From IMG/VR virus record IMGVR_UViG_3300030106_005509, positions 72,412 through 136,411 of that record: a DNA stretch of 64,000 nt. One strand, 5' to 3'. The notes under the pieces are model-generated. The model did not search any database. It saw only the letters and a list, made by a program, of their open reading frames with translations, and was not told where the DNA came from. Each line of letters begins with the position of its first letter. The first letter of the stretch is position 1. The DNA is from a virus. This document shows, in pieces, positions 1 through 10,298 of this stretch. Position numbers and translations under genes: made by a program.

Positions 1-684
1 CAAAAAACTACCCATGTCTGTTATCTCTACAAGCTGGCAGTTGTCTTTCATTATTTCTATCGACCTTGAATTGTCTATATCAACACCTTTGTGCATGAGG
101 TAGCATATAAACAAAAATGACTCTGGAGCTAAACCGTCATGGTCGTAGTTTTCGATTACTGGATTATCTTTGCCAGAACTTTCCTCACATATTCTAACCG
201 CATTATTAAAAAGACCTTTGACATCTTCTGTTTTGCCGCCAATAACGTGGTCTGATGGGTGAAACTTACAAAACTCATCTGATGTAAACAGAAAGTTATT
301 GGTTGTTAGCTTGTCTGGCGATGATTTCATAACCTCTATAAATTTGGAAAGGTCAGTATAGATTTCATCACATCTAGCTTTTATCACAAACTCGGTGTCT
401 ACCACCTCAATGCCATTTAGAGATGTCGCTGCTTGATAGGCTAGGTTTGAATGGTTGTAGTACCCTTCGTATTTGTCAATCGAGTCTTCAACGTAACCTA
501 TGTCATTCTTAGCTAGAAATCTTTTTGATGGTTTAACTCTATGATGATCCCAAGTAGATATTACTATCTTCCCTACATACTTTTTATAGTTTTGTATTTT
601 TTTGGGTGATAGGACAGGCGCTATTTTGCCTGACATGCTCAGTAAAGGTCCCTGTAATACAAGTGTTACATCATCGTGTTTCAT
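1..684 (-). CDS. WavE-like lipopolysaccharide synthesis protein (3' end runs off window)
   Basis: Not in the ORF track; translated by hand from the ATG at 684: MKHDDVTLVLQGP...IVISTW...NLAYQAATSLNGIEVVDTEFVIKARCDE...FHPSDHVIGG, matching WavE-family motifs (QGP, ISTW, K.R.D, FHPSD). Confidence 0.7.
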   Translation of the reverse strand, partial: MKHDDVTLVLQGPLLSMSGKIAPVLSPKKIQNYKKYVGKIVISTWDHHRVKPSKRFLAKNDIGYVEDSIDKYEGYYNHSNLAYQAATSLNGIEVVDTEFVIKARCDEIYTDLSKFIEVMKSSPDKLTTNNFLFTSDEFCKFHPSDHVIGGKTEDVKGLFNNAVRICEESSGKDNPVIENYDHDGLAPESFLFICYLMHKGVDIDNSRSIEIMKDNCQLVEITDMGSFL

Positions 685-1141
685 TAAATCCTAAGCCTTC
701 TCCAGCCCGTCTACCTGAGTATACGCCTACATAATCTGAACATATGGCGTGGCAGTCAGATATAGTGTCCATTGATATTAATTCTGGTTTCATACATATC
801 ACATTTTCTCCAGTCGCGTATCCGGGATAGCTTATAATCAAACCTCTGCTCGTGATAGTATAGTAATCTTCTTGATGCCAAAAGCAATGAACATCAAGTT
901 CAAGCAGTGACTTTAAAGCATCTAAATTCTTTGCGTGAACTAACAGGTTTTTCTTTTTTAAATAGGATTCGTCTACTCCATACATAGGACCGTCGTGACC
1001 TAAAAACCAACTATCTTTTATTTTCCACACATCTATTTCTACATGGTAGTTATCTTCGATAGCAGAATCTATATAGATAGGATTGTTTTCAAGTTTAGGT
1101 TCTGGCCCAAAGGTGTTGCCTCTGTGTGATATCAATATCAT
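671..1141 (-). CDS. PLC-like/glycerophosphodiester phosphodiesterase-fold protein
   Basis: ISHRGN, EIDVW, LGHD and HAKN motifs; this small family usually accompanies HAD/nucleotidyltransferase genes in glycan loci. Confidence 0.7.
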   Translation of the reverse strand: MILISHRGNTFGPEPKLENNPIYIDSAIEDNYHVEIDVWKIKDSWFLGHDGPMYGVDESYLKKKNLLVHAKNLDALKSLLELDVHCFWHQEDYYTITSRGLIISYPGYATGENVICMKPELISMDTISDCHAICSDYVGVYSGRRAGEGLGFNETR

Positions 1142-1926
1142 ATTTCTACCATCCCTCCAAAGTCTTCCATCATGGTAAAGTTAATTCCATAAAAATCAAA
1201 TAACTGTCTAGTATAGCTCCATCCTTCATACTCCCTAGTAATTCCAACAGTATGAACTTCTTTAATATCATTTAGCCAAAGCCAATTTACTAAGAAGTGT
1301 AGAGAGCTACAATGATTCCTAAGCGTGCCATCTCTCTTCAAAAAATCGTCGATTGGGAGATGAACTAGATCAACATCTTCTCGCTTAAAGACTTCTATTT
1401 TGTATTCATCTTTTATATCTATTACTTTTTCTACATCCTCGTAGTTTACATGAGGGTGGAGTATTCTACATCCATGCTCGTCTAAAACCAGAGGCTTTTT
1501 ATAGTCCTGAAACTCCACCATGTGAGCAAGCATATTTGAGTGCTTTGGGCTTTTCTTGTAGATGTATTGGACATCAGACCAATCTTTACTAGAGCCAATA
1601 TTAAATGAGCCTGTATTAAAGCTGTAGATCGGGCTTGTATTTGCTATCTCTTTTATTCCAGACTTATCGCCTGTCCAATATCTAAGAGTGAAGCAGTGGG
1701 GAACTAAGAACTTGTTCCACCTGTCAGAAAAGTTGGATATGTTGTGAACAAACCTAACAAGGTCTAGGCATGTAACAATGTCTACCTTGTCTATAGCGTG
1801 TATCGCTCTTCCTGTACATAGAGTAAAGTATTTGCTTGTGACTTCTGGTGTGAGATATTCTTCGGATGCAGGTCCCGAACCAATCAGTAAGACTGGCTTA
1901 TTTATCTTCACCTTTTCCAGATCCAC
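1138..1926 (-). CDS. hypothetical protein, possible DUF115/Maf-like glycosyltransferase
   Basis: N-terminal LLIGSGPA and C-terminal 'SSLHFLVNWL...EVHTVGI' pattern; glycan-cluster context. Confidence 0.35.
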   Translation of the reverse strand: MDLEKVKINKPVLLIGSGPASEEYLTPEVTSKYFTLCTGRAIHAIDKVDIVTCLDLVRFVHNISNFSDRWNKFLVPHCFTLRYWTGDKSGIKEIANTSPIYSFNTGSFNIGSSKDWSDVQYIYKKSPKHSNMLAHMVEFQDYKKPLVLDEHGCRILHPHVNYEDVEKVIDIKDEYKIEVFKREDVDLVHLPIDDFLKRDGTLRNHCSSLHFLVNWLWLNDIKEVHTVGITREYEGWSYTRQLFDFYGINFTMMEDFGGMVEI

Positions 1927-2278
1927 CGCTATCTTTCCTTACTATATCTTTTGGGTCTAGTCCGTCTATCCAGTATACCTCTAAAGCTTTAGTGTCTTCC
2001 ATAGCTATAAATCTATGGTCTATTCCGGGAGGTACATCTGAGAACATTCCATCGGTTAAGATTGTCTCATCTTCACTATCCTGCTTATATATAATAACCT
2101 TCAAAGCACCCTCAAGCACAATAAATCTGTTCCATTTGTTTTCATGGTGATGACGAGAGCAGTACCCATCCTTCTGCGCCTCTATATAATGTACTTCGCT
2201 GGTATAGTTTTCAAAGAAGCATCTTGTTGATCCCCAAAATTTACCTTGAACAGCTCCGGTTAATGTTTTATGACCCAT
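1898..2278 (-). CDS. cupin-domain protein (sugar isomerase-like)
   Basis: KFWG, SRHHH..K.N.F.V.EG and VPPG..HRF cupin motifs. Confidence 0.75.
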   Translation of the reverse strand: MGHKTLTGAVQGKFWGSTRCFFENYTSEVHYIEAQKDGYCSRHHHENKWNRFIVLEGALKVIIYKQDSEDETILTDGMFSDVPPGIDHRFIAMEDTKALEVYWIDGLDPKDIVRKDSGGSGKGEDK

Positions 2279-3206
2279 TTAATTCCTCCTCAAAAACTTC
2301 CTTAAGATTTTCAAACATAGTGCCTTCTTCTATTTCTTTCATTTTATACTGAAAATAAGAAAGAGACCTTCCTAAAGAATGCTTTTCTTCAAGCGTTGGT
2401 TTGTATATATCGTTTATGTGGTTAAGTTTGGTACTAGAAATAGGCTTCGCTATAGCGTCTCCCAAAACAATAGTTGGAACACCATAAAAATTAGCTTCTA
2501 GAGCCGCATTACTAGTATGTGTTATTACGCAGTATAAGTCTTTTTTTAGTAGTTCGTGAAACTTTACTTTACGACTACCTATGTATATAGTTCCTTCGAC
2601 ATCCTCTTTTGCGTTCCAGCTGGGCTTAGGTCTGTATATTATTGTTCTGTCTGTCAGCTCACCAAGCTTCTTTACAACGCCTCTCGCAAAAGTAGTAGGA
2701 TCTTCAATATCCATGTATAGATGGTACTTTGCAGAGCTTCCTGCGAGTAGTATAAACTCTCCATCTTTTTTATGATGAGGCTTAGGGTCTAAAGTTTCTA
2801 TACTTATTAATTTTCCATCTTTTGTATTTTTTCTTATTGGTATACTTAGCAGCTCTTTCCATCTGTCATTTCTATCGCTAAATTTTTTTAAGTATTTTAG
2901 GGGTTGCCAGTTATTGGGACTAAATCTTATAAAGGCTTCAGGATCTCTAAGCCTTGCGTTTCTACAGTAACCTTTGTCCATGTAAATATAAGGCTTGCCA
3001 TATTCAATCGCTAAGTCTCTTATCCAGTCTCCAGTTATAGTAAATACAAATACAAAATCGTAATTTTTAATACAATCTGGATTTTTAGAAAGCTCATCTC
3101 TTAGGATGATATCAACTTTTTGCCCGTGTTTTTCTAAACCACTCTTTAGGACTTCTGAAAGTAGAAGAAAGTATTTGCTGTCTTTTATAGGTAGTAGAAA
3201 TTTCAT
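2268..3206 (-). CDS. GT-B-like capsule-modification family protein (paralog 1 of 3)
   Basis: YRPKP, THTSNAALEA..GVP, LSYFQY...EI; start taken at MKFLL (TAATG overlap). Confidence 0.5.
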   Translation of the reverse strand: MKFLLPIKDSKYFLLLSEVLKSGLEKHGQKVDIILRDELSKNPDCIKNYDFVFVFTITGDWIRDLAIEYGKPYIYMDKGYCRNARLRDPEAFIRFSPNNWQPLKYLKKFSDRNDRWKELLSIPIRKNTKDGKLISIETLDPKPHHKKDGEFILLAGSSAKYHLYMDIEDPTTFARGVVKKLGELTDRTIIYRPKPSWNAKEDVEGTIYIGSRKVKFHELLKKDLYCVITHTSNAALEANFYGVPTIVLGDAIAKPISSTKLNHINDIYKPTLEEKHSLGRSLSYFQYKMKEIEEGTMFENLKEVFEEELNGS

Positions 3207-4195
3207 TAATCTGCTAACCATTTAGGGTTTTTTAAAGTCCATTGTATTGTCTTTTTTATTGACTCCTCAAAGGACACTGGGTACTTATAACCCATTCTCC
3301 ACAGCTTTGTGTCTTCTAAAGCGTACCTTAAATCATGTCCGGGTCTAGATGAGTGAAAGTCTACTAGTTCATAGTTCAACTCTTTGCCTAAAATGTCTGC
3401 CACAGTCTGCGCAAGCTCTAGATTAGAAAGCTCTTTTTGACCCACAAGATTATACTTGTCTCCAGCTTCTGCTTTTTCTGTCAAGAATAAAGATACGTCA
3501 GCTACGTTTCTTGCGTGTACATAAAACCTTGTTCCCGGATTCTTGTCAGGGTCTGAGTGTATGTACACCTTCTCGCCAGCCAGTATTTTTTTTATGCAAA
3601 GAGGCAAATATTTTTCGGGATGCTGTCTCTCACCAATAACATTCATACAGTTAGTTGTTACAATAGGTAACCCGTAAGTATTATGAAAGGCAATGCCTAG
3701 CTGCTCTGCTCCGGCTTTACTAGCAGAATATGGATTTTTTGCTTTATGACGATCCCATTCTTTGTAGGCAGTTCCTACTGGTGCATCACCAAACACTTCA
3801 TCTGTACTAAAATTCTGTATGTAGTCGATTGTGTCGCAGTTTCTGGCGAAGTTAAATAAGTTGCAAGAGCCTACCACGTTATCGTAGACGAAGCTTAAAG
3901 GGTCTTCAATGCTCCTGTCTACGTGAGAAGACGCAGCTAAATGAAAAACAATGCTGACATTACCTATTTGCCTTGCTAGTTGTGAATTTATTTCAGCCTT
4001 TAAATCGTGATATAAAAACTTAAATTTCTTTTTCCAAGAAGGGTTAGCATCTAGAAACTCTGATATCCGGTTTAGATTGCCAGATGTGTCTAACCTGTCC
4101 AAGCAAACTACAAACCAGTCTGTGTTTTTTAATATATGTTCTATGAGGTGATGACCGATAAAACCAGCACCACCAGTAACTAAGACTTTTTGCAT
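3206..4195 (-). CDS. rfbB: dTDP-glucose 4,6-dehydratase
   Basis: TGGAGFIG, HLAASSHVDRSI, STDEVFG, YSASK, QHPEK, RPGHDLRY. Confidence 0.9.
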   Translation of the reverse strand: MQKVLVTGGAGFIGHHLIEHILKNTDWFVVCLDRLDTSGNLNRISEFLDANPSWKKKFKFLYHDLKAEINSQLARQIGNVSIVFHLAASSHVDRSIEDPLSFVYDNVVGSCNLFNFARNCDTIDYIQNFSTDEVFGDAPVGTAYKEWDRHKAKNPYSASKAGAEQLGIAFHNTYGLPIVTTNCMNVIGERQHPEKYLPLCIKKILAGEKVYIHSDPDKNPGTRFYVHARNVADVSLFLTEKAEAGDKYNLVGQKELSNLELAQTVADILGKELNYELVDFHSSRPGHDLRYALEDTKLWRMGYKYPVSFEESIKKTIQWTLKNPKWLAD

Positions 4196-4761
4196 TTTAT
4201 AAACTCTTTAAATTTTTCGCTAAGCTCAAACTCTCCTCTATTATACATCCTTGGAGGGTACTTATAACACTTTTCTATTTGTTTTTCTTCCATGCTCTCT
4301 AGCAACTTTAAACTGCTATAGACAAAAGAAGGCGCTATTTCTAGCATTCTTTTATACAGGTCAAAAGAACAATCAGTGTCTAATACCGGATATGTTATCT
4401 TGCTTATTATTGGGCCATAATCAAGGTCTCTAGTCATTTTATGAAAAGTGAGACCCTGTTCGTTGTCTTTGTTTTTAATTGTATGATCTAGTATGTCTCT
4501 ACCTCCATAGTCTGGTAGAAGACCGGTATGTAGATTGTAAGCGTTTGATGTGTCCTCAACAAAAATATCGTATTGTAAAGAAAGCTTTATATCGCATGGG
4601 GTATCAACTTCTACCTGTTTAAGTGGCACTTTTCCATTAACAGGTGTATTCCTACAAGGTACATAACCAATTAAGTTATAATCACCCATGTCTAGGATAT
4701 GTTTGACGGCAAGCTCTGTTAGGTATGAAGAGCCTAATATGAGTATGTCAAAGCTCCTCAT
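4180..4761 (-). CDS. sugar N-formyltransferase (formyl_trans_N family)
   Basis: NLHTGLLPDYGG and TFHKM...LDYGPII formyltransferase motifs. Confidence 0.8.
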   Translation of the reverse strand: MRSFDILILGSSYLTELAVKHILDMGDYNLIGYVPCRNTPVNGKVPLKQVEVDTPCDIKLSLQYDIFVEDTSNAYNLHTGLLPDYGGRDILDHTIKNKDNEQGLTFHKMTRDLDYGPIISKITYPVLDTDCSFDLYKRMLEIAPSFVYSSLKLLESMEEKQIEKCYKYPPRMYNRGEFELSEKFKEFIKCKKS

Positions 4762-5374
4762 AGTATTCGCCTATCTTAAAGGACATCCCTTGAGTGACGC
4801 TTTTCTTACCTGTTGCTACGTATTTTGACTTAGGTAATACCCTAAAATCAAAGCTAACCCTAGTAGATCCTGTTTCGTTTTTCTTGTTTCCGTGTGCTAA
4901 GTTAGCTCCGTCCCACATATAGAACTCACCGTATTCCGCTTCCATAGGACTAAAGTCTTCTTTTCCTTCTTCACTTTCTACCCACACAGTATTTGAGCCA
5001 AAGGCTTTTGTTAACGGGACGAAAAAATTTACTTCATCTGTAAAATGATTGTAGTCCCTATCTCTGTGAAAAGCACCTACCGCAACATTGTTTCTTAGAT
5101 GAACTCTAAAGGTAGGTTTTTTCTGAAAGATTATAGGTTCGTCAAACAGTGGTTTTATTTCATTTACTACAAACGCTCTAAAATTTAAAAAGAACAAATG
5201 ATCTTCGGGAAGCTCGTAAAACTTTTTGTGATACTTTGAAGATTGATCTGTGTCTACATCGAATAGTTTTATTTCTTCATGTAGGCATGACATATCTACA
5301 CAGCCAAAAACCCTCTGCAATATTGAAGCAAACCTGTATTTAAATGATTTATATTTAAATTTATTCATTTCCAA
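4748..5374 (-). CDS. StrG-like Fe(II)/2OG-type oxygenase
   Basis: FQKKPTFRVH, FHRD, HGN..N.TG.TRVSFDFR (HxD...H triad). Confidence 0.65.
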   Translation of the reverse strand: MEMNKFKYKSFKYRFASILQRVFGCVDMSCLHEEIKLFDVDTDQSSKYHKKFYELPEDHLFFLNFRAFVVNEIKPLFDEPIIFQKKPTFRVHLRNNVAVGAFHRDRDYNHFTDEVNFFVPLTKAFGSNTVWVESEEGKEDFSPMEAEYGEFYMWDGANLAHGNKKNETGSTRVSFDFRVLPKSKYVATGKKSVTQGMSFKIGEYYEEL

Positions 5375-6168
5375 AAATATATTAAACCCCCTCTTCCATA
5401 AGCAGAATTCTTTTCATACTTGATGTTAAATTGTGACTCAATCCAACCAATTTGCACTTTGGTTATTTTGTTATTCATTACGCCTTCTATATGTGGCGCC
5501 ATTTTTCCCACAATTATTCCCATGCTACATTTTTTTATGATGTTGTCAAAATAGAATTTTTGTACATCGTGAGTTATCTCTGTAAAAGCAAAGTTAGATA
5601 TGAACAAATCGTAATGAGTTTTTAGTTTGTTAATGTCTTTGTATGGATTTATATAGGTAATGTCGGGTGTTTTAAAGTTAGAAAGATAAGCTGACTGAAG
5701 TTTTAACATGTCTGGCAGATCTACGTGGGTGTAGCTCTTGTAACCAACGATGTCGTGAAAAATTTTAGCTTCTATTCCAAAGCCACATCCAACTTCTACT
5801 ATGTCAAAGTCTGAGGAGAGGTTAAGATTCTCCTTTATTTTTGTTATATCGTACAACGGTGGAAAAACTGAGTCCGAGCAGTTAATCTTAAAATTTTCAC
5901 GCTCAAAACTTTGAAGTACAGGATTGCCAAATGAGTCCCATTCTTTTATCTTGTCTAGGTTTTTAGTTAATATCTCTGGGTTGTTTTTTAATAGATAGCT
6001 TAATTCACCGTTTGCTCTCTTAGCGTTGTCTCCGCTTATGTTTCTACGCAAGCTTTCCATCTGTCTAAAGTTGGTATAATCTCCGCTTTCATGCAGTGAA
6101 GAAATATCATCTAAAAACTCTATTCTGTACTTTATAGTCCTATGCCAAGACTCTTCATGTGATTCCAT
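5365..6168 (-). CDS. putative sugar O-methyltransferase
   Basis: IVEVGCGFG SAM motif; VDLP...LQ..YL; DLFISNFAFTE. Confidence 0.7.
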   Translation of the reverse strand: MESHEESWHRTIKYRIEFLDDISSLHESGDYTNFRQMESLRRNISGDNAKRANGELSYLLKNNPEILTKNLDKIKEWDSFGNPVLQSFERENFKINCSDSVFPPLYDITKIKENLNLSSDFDIVEVGCGFGIEAKIFHDIVGYKSYTHVDLPDMLKLQSAYLSNFKTPDITYINPYKDINKLKTHYDLFISNFAFTEITHDVQKFYFDNIIKKCSMGIIVGKMAPHIEGVMNNKITKVQIGWIESQFNIKYEKNSAYGRGGLIYFWK

Positions 6169-6169
6169 T

Positions 6170-8209
6170 TTAACTCTCTCTACCCACGTAAAACTCTTTT
6201 ATTTTAGTCACAACCTTTCTGATTCTGTGTGGTGTCATCCACCAGCCAACAGGGAGGCAAAGCATCTCGCGTGACACTTCGTTCATCACAGAAAGCTTCC
6301 GTTTTGTTGAATACTTTTTGAATACTAGATGTTTGTCATTTCTAGAATGAACCACATTTGTTTGTACGCCTCGATCTAAAAGATATTTCTTCAATTCGTC
6401 TCGGTAGAGAGCCTTTATCGTGAACAGCCAGTAACTGGAATCAAATCCAAATTTGTTTTCTGGAAGTGTGACATAGCGTAAATCTTGAAGATTTTCATAA
6501 TATGTATGAGCATGTTCTCTGTTTTGCTCTATACATCCTCCTACGTATGGCATATTTCCAATACCTATCGCAGAAGATATATCATTCATATGAAACTTGA
6601 AACCCAAATCTTTTATAGGCTGTCCGCTCCTAAAGTCTTCCTTGTTATCTCTGTCTATGCCAAACCATCTTTTTCTTCTTGCGATTGATTTGAATTTAGG
6701 AGGCGTGATCAACAAACCTCCATCTCCAGTCGTTAGAGATTTAATAGCCTGAAAACTGAAACAGCTAAATGTATATTGATCTTTCAAGACATTCCCTACA
6801 TAAGAACCATTCCAAGTAGAACCCCAAGCGTGAGCGCAATCCTCAACCACATATAAAGGTTTTCCGTATTTTAGAAGATAGCCTTTTTTTATCTCTTCTA
6901 GTCTTTGGTAGTCTATCGGATATCCACCCCAATGCACGAAGCTTAATATCCTAGTATTTTCATTGAGTAGCTTTACTACTTTGTTCAAGTCAATATTAAA
7001 ATTTGACGATTCTATATCACACCACTTTATAGACAAGCCATTAGACACTATTGGTAAAAGACCAGCTGCGCAGGTTAGTGGACTGCAAATGACCTCGCAT
7101 GATTCATCTAATTTTTCTGCTTCTTTTATCAAATCAAATGCAAGATGTAAAGCAGACGTACCAGAGTTAACGGTTACTATATTTTTATTAGCAAAATGAT
7201 TGACAAGCTTTTTCTCAAAAATTTCATTAACACTACCCTGAGCTATATGACCAGATCTTAAAACTTTATGGCTTTCTGTTATTGCATCTTCGTGCATAAA
7301 AACCCTAAACAGGGGAACTACTAATTTTTTAGGTTTTGTTTTTCTTATATTCTGAATCATATCTACTACATGTGCCATGTATGATAATTCATTTTCAGGT
7401 TCAGTCCCCTTAGCTGAATACACTTCGTCTTTTTTATCTCTAGGCTTTACTTTCATCCTAATATGCGAACCAAAATACTCATTTCCTTCTTTCCAGAAGT
7501 AATTATTTTTTGCGGCTTGTGGTGATTTCACGCCGTATGCACTGGACAAAGAATTCTTTGTATATGGAAATTTTACATGTGGCCTTGCCGATAACTGATC
7601 TCTTACTTTACTGTCTTCTACTGATTGCTCAACATATCCGTAATCATATTCTAAGTGTTCTAAGTATACTTTTGTACCAGTGTCACCTTTGTACAAATCT
7701 GTAGGCTGTGGAGTAAAATCAAATTTAGAAATATCTACTTTTGTTGTGTCTACAAACATGCAGTAAACACACGGGAAAGTGTGACTAACCCTATCAGCTG
7801 AATCTATAGCATACGGAGTACCGAAAAATGCTAAGTTGTTCTTATCCATATGGTCTATGATCTCTAATAGAGATGGGCCAATGAAAAAATCTGGGTCTAG
7901 AAAAAGAACATACCTTGTTTTTATATGGCGTATAGTTTTGTTTAGACCTGCTGCATGATGAAAGCTTCCTACATGTATAGCTCTATTTTTTTGGGGAACC
8001 TCTACTTTTGACTGATCAACACCCTCAATAATCTTGAAATTAGGAATACTCTCAACCATACCCAAACTCTTCGAGGGTTGATTATTTGCGACTACCCATT
8101 GCAAACCGTCTGTTGAGTATTCAGATATTAATTTCCAGTTTGATTCTAAAAAATTAGAGCAGTTCCAAGCTGCACTAGCTATCGTTAGATCGCTAATCTG
8201 TACTGACAT
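6170..8209 (-). CDS. fusion of an N-terminal GT-A glycosyltransferase-like domain and a DegT/DnrJ PLP sugar aminotransferase
   Basis: N-half has GSFHHAAGLN and FLDPD (DxD); C-half has NSGTSALHLA, VHWGG, EDCAHA and SFQAIKSLTTGDGG (PLP lysine). Confidence 0.8.
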   Translation of the reverse strand: MSVQISDLTIASAAWNCSNFLESNWKLISEYSTDGLQWVVANNQPSKSLGMVESIPNFKIIEGVDQSKVEVPQKNRAIHVGSFHHAAGLNKTIRHIKTRYVLFLDPDFFIGPSLLEIIDHMDKNNLAFFGTPYAIDSADRVSHTFPCVYCMFVDTTKVDISKFDFTPQPTDLYKGDTGTKVYLEHLEYDYGYVEQSVEDSKVRDQLSARPHVKFPYTKNSLSSAYGVKSPQAAKNNYFWKEGNEYFGSHIRMKVKPRDKKDEVYSAKGTEPENELSYMAHVVDMIQNIRKTKPKKLVVPLFRVFMHEDAITESHKVLRSGHIAQGSVNEIFEKKLVNHFANKNIVTVNSGTSALHLAFDLIKEAEKLDESCEVICSPLTCAAGLLPIVSNGLSIKWCDIESSNFNIDLNKVVKLLNENTRILSFVHWGGYPIDYQRLEEIKKGYLLKYGKPLYVVEDCAHAWGSTWNGSYVGNVLKDQYTFSCFSFQAIKSLTTGDGGLLITPPKFKSIARRKRWFGIDRDNKEDFRSGQPIKDLGFKFHMNDISSAIGIGNMPYVGGCIEQNREHAHTYYENLQDLRYVTLPENKFGFDSSYWLFTIKALYRDELKKYLLDRGVQTNVVHSRNDKHLVFKKYSTKRKLSVMNEVSREMLCLPVGWWMTPHRIRKVVTKIKEFYVGRES

Positions 8210-8786
8210 TCTTTTTTACCTTTGCTAATCTAAGATGTATGTTGTTCTTCTCAACGATCTCTATAGGGTCTAGTCTATCCACCAAAAAATTAGGATCTTT
8301 GTCAAGCTCGTCTATGAGTTTTTTGCATCCATAGTCATCTCTGTTTTCGTAATAGTCGTCAAATATAACAACTGTTTCGTCGTCCATGAACTTTTCTACA
8401 TTCTTCCAGTCACTTTCTATCGTTTCTACTGAATGTCCACCGTCAATAAAAACAAAGTCTATTTGTCTTTCTGGAGAGAATCTGGCTAATGTTTTCACGG
8501 TATTCCCAGCAACCAATTTATGCTGTATACCCTCTCGTCTAAGTCGGCGCTTGGCTCTTCCAATATTGGCATGGCTTTTTCCATTAAACTCCCTATCCAT
8601 GAACTCTTCATTTCCCCAGTCAAATATGTCAAAGCCGTAATAGAATACGTCATCGTTATATTCTTTTGCCTTGTTAACCATAGTTATCGCACTGTTTCCA
8701 CGATGCGTTCCAACCTCAAGTATGGTTTTAGGCTGTCTGCCTTCTACTTCTGCTATTAATGTTTTGTATCGCCCAAGTAATTCCAT
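8193..8786 (-). CDS. class I SAM methyltransferase (Methyltransf_24-like)
   Basis: LEVGTHRG, FIDGGHS, IFDDY. Confidence 0.8.
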   Translation of the reverse strand: MELLGRYKTLIAEVEGRQPKTILEVGTHRGNSAITMVNKAKEYNDDVFYYGFDIFDWGNEEFMDREFNGKSHANIGRAKRRLRREGIQHKLVAGNTVKTLARFSPERQIDFVFIDGGHSVETIESDWKNVEKFMDDETVVIFDDYYENRDDYGCKKLIDELDKDPNFLVDRLDPIEIVEKNNIHLRLAKVKKNVSTD

Positions 8787-9520
8787 GCTTCACCTGATCT
8801 TATTTCGTCTAAAGTCCATTGTTGATAAGCTAATCCGTAAAAAAAGTCACGATCCATAGGTGGATTCTCAATGTCCGACACCTCACCCAGATTTCTCGAT
8901 GGGTTAGTAAAGATCGTAGGAACTCCGTTGAGTAATGCTGTTATTCCTGCATTTGAATGGTCTGTTACCAACGCCCATGCATTCGGTAGCACTCTTTCTA
9001 GAGGGATTTCATTTTTTATAGATACAACTATTTTTCTGTCTGTGTATTGCTGCAACTCTCTTACGGTATTTCTTAGCCAGTCATGCATACCCCAATAGTC
9101 CGCCATATATTTTGACGGAGGGACAACTATTACATGATCTCCTGTTTTACGCCAGTCTTTTACCTTCAAACCTTTTAGCTGTAATTGTAAAAAACGATCT
9201 GAGTCAAACTTACCAAGACCGTTATGCCAAAATGTGTTGTTAGTTATTCTATAATACCCATCGTAAGACTCTGGCGTGGTTGATCTAAAAAAATATCCGT
9301 GATCTATATGCCAGTAATCCTTTGCGGCTTTAAGGGCATCTCCACAACCACGAAGTATTCCGTAACTAGCAACGCGAGGAACTATTATGTTTCTCTTTGC
9401 TAATTCTTGAAGCTTAAAAATGTCTATGATTCCACCACCACAGCCTTCAGCAAAAGCCCTTCCTACAACCTTGCTTCTCTCATGTTGTGTAAGAATTGTC
9501 TTTGGTGGAGACGCTGCCAT
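8756..9520 (-). CDS. GT-B-like capsule-modification family protein (paralog 2 of 3)
   Basis: IDHGYF, TDHSNAGITALLNGVP, LAYQQWTLDEIRSGEAW. Confidence 0.5.
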   Translation of the reverse strand: MAASPPKTILTQHERSKVVGRAFAEGCGGGIIDIFKLQELAKRNIIVPRVASYGILRGCGDALKAAKDYWHIDHGYFFRSTTPESYDGYYRITNNTFWHNGLGKFDSDRFLQLQLKGLKVKDWRKTGDHVIVVPPSKYMADYWGMHDWLRNTVRELQQYTDRKIVVSIKNEIPLERVLPNAWALVTDHSNAGITALLNGVPTIFTNPSRNLGEVSDIENPPMDRDFFYGLAYQQWTLDEIRSGEAWNYLGDTKH

Positions 9521-9521
9521 T

Positions 9522-10298
9522 CTATTGTGGATCTTTATGACCTTTCATAGAGGGTAAACCGTGCCTTTTCCAATGTATTCCTTTTTTATGAACTAAGTAT
9601 TCAGCAAAAGGCCCATGTTCTACGACATTGTTTTCTTGGACATCTACAATATCTCTGGTTGCTATATTTGTATATTCTTCAACGACCATTCTAAATACAT
9701 AGCCGTCATCCCATCTAAGATATTTTCTAAACTCACCACTTCTAAACTTGTTGATAACAATACTTAAGAGCAAGGCTCCTTCTTCTTTTAAGTTAAATCC
9801 AATTATGCCGGACTCTATCCCAGTGCCAGACTTTTTCCTGTGAGGCCCTAAGTGATAGAACATAGAGTGACCGCTAAATATCTCCTCTATCTTTGATCCC
9901 GGCAGATGCTTATTTACCACCGTGTCGCTATCTAGGAATACTATAGCCTCGTAGCCTGACTTATTATCCATAGCCGCATTGAGTGCTACTATCTTTCTAA
10001 ACCACTGAGAGGCTCTTTGATTGAATTTAGTTTTTTCCTCATAGACACCTTCAAATTTACCACCAAGCTCGACAGGTATGATGTCCTCGTTTTCCTTTAG
10101 CCATGAAGAAAGAAAGCTATCTTGTTCTAAGTCATGAAAAATAAACTTTCTATGGTGGGGAATAACTGCGTCTAGACCGTCTTCGTGAGCAATGAGAAGA
10201 TCGCCTTCTGTCTTATATTTGACGAAAGACGTAATCATGTCATTTCCGGTAGCTTTAAAAAGCTTGTCATTGAATGTCGTTACATAAAGGACTTTCAT
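9522..10298 (-). CDS. GT-A fold nucleotide-diphospho-sugar transferase
   Basis: FLDSD (DxD), ESGIIGFN, WDDGYVF, HKKG. Confidence 0.6.
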   Translation of the reverse strand: MKVLYVTTFNDKLFKATGNDMITSFVKYKTEGDLLIAHEDGLDAVIPHHRKFIFHDLEQDSFLSSWLKENEDIIPVELGGKFEGVYEEKTKFNQRASQWFRKIVALNAAMDNKSGYEAIVFLDSDTVVNKHLPGSKIEEIFSGHSMFYHLGPHRKKSGTGIESGIIGFNLKEEGALLLSIVINKFRSGEFRKYLRWDDGYVFRMVVEEYTNIATRDIVDVQENNVVEHGPFAEYLVHKKGIHWKRHGLPSMKGHKDPQ

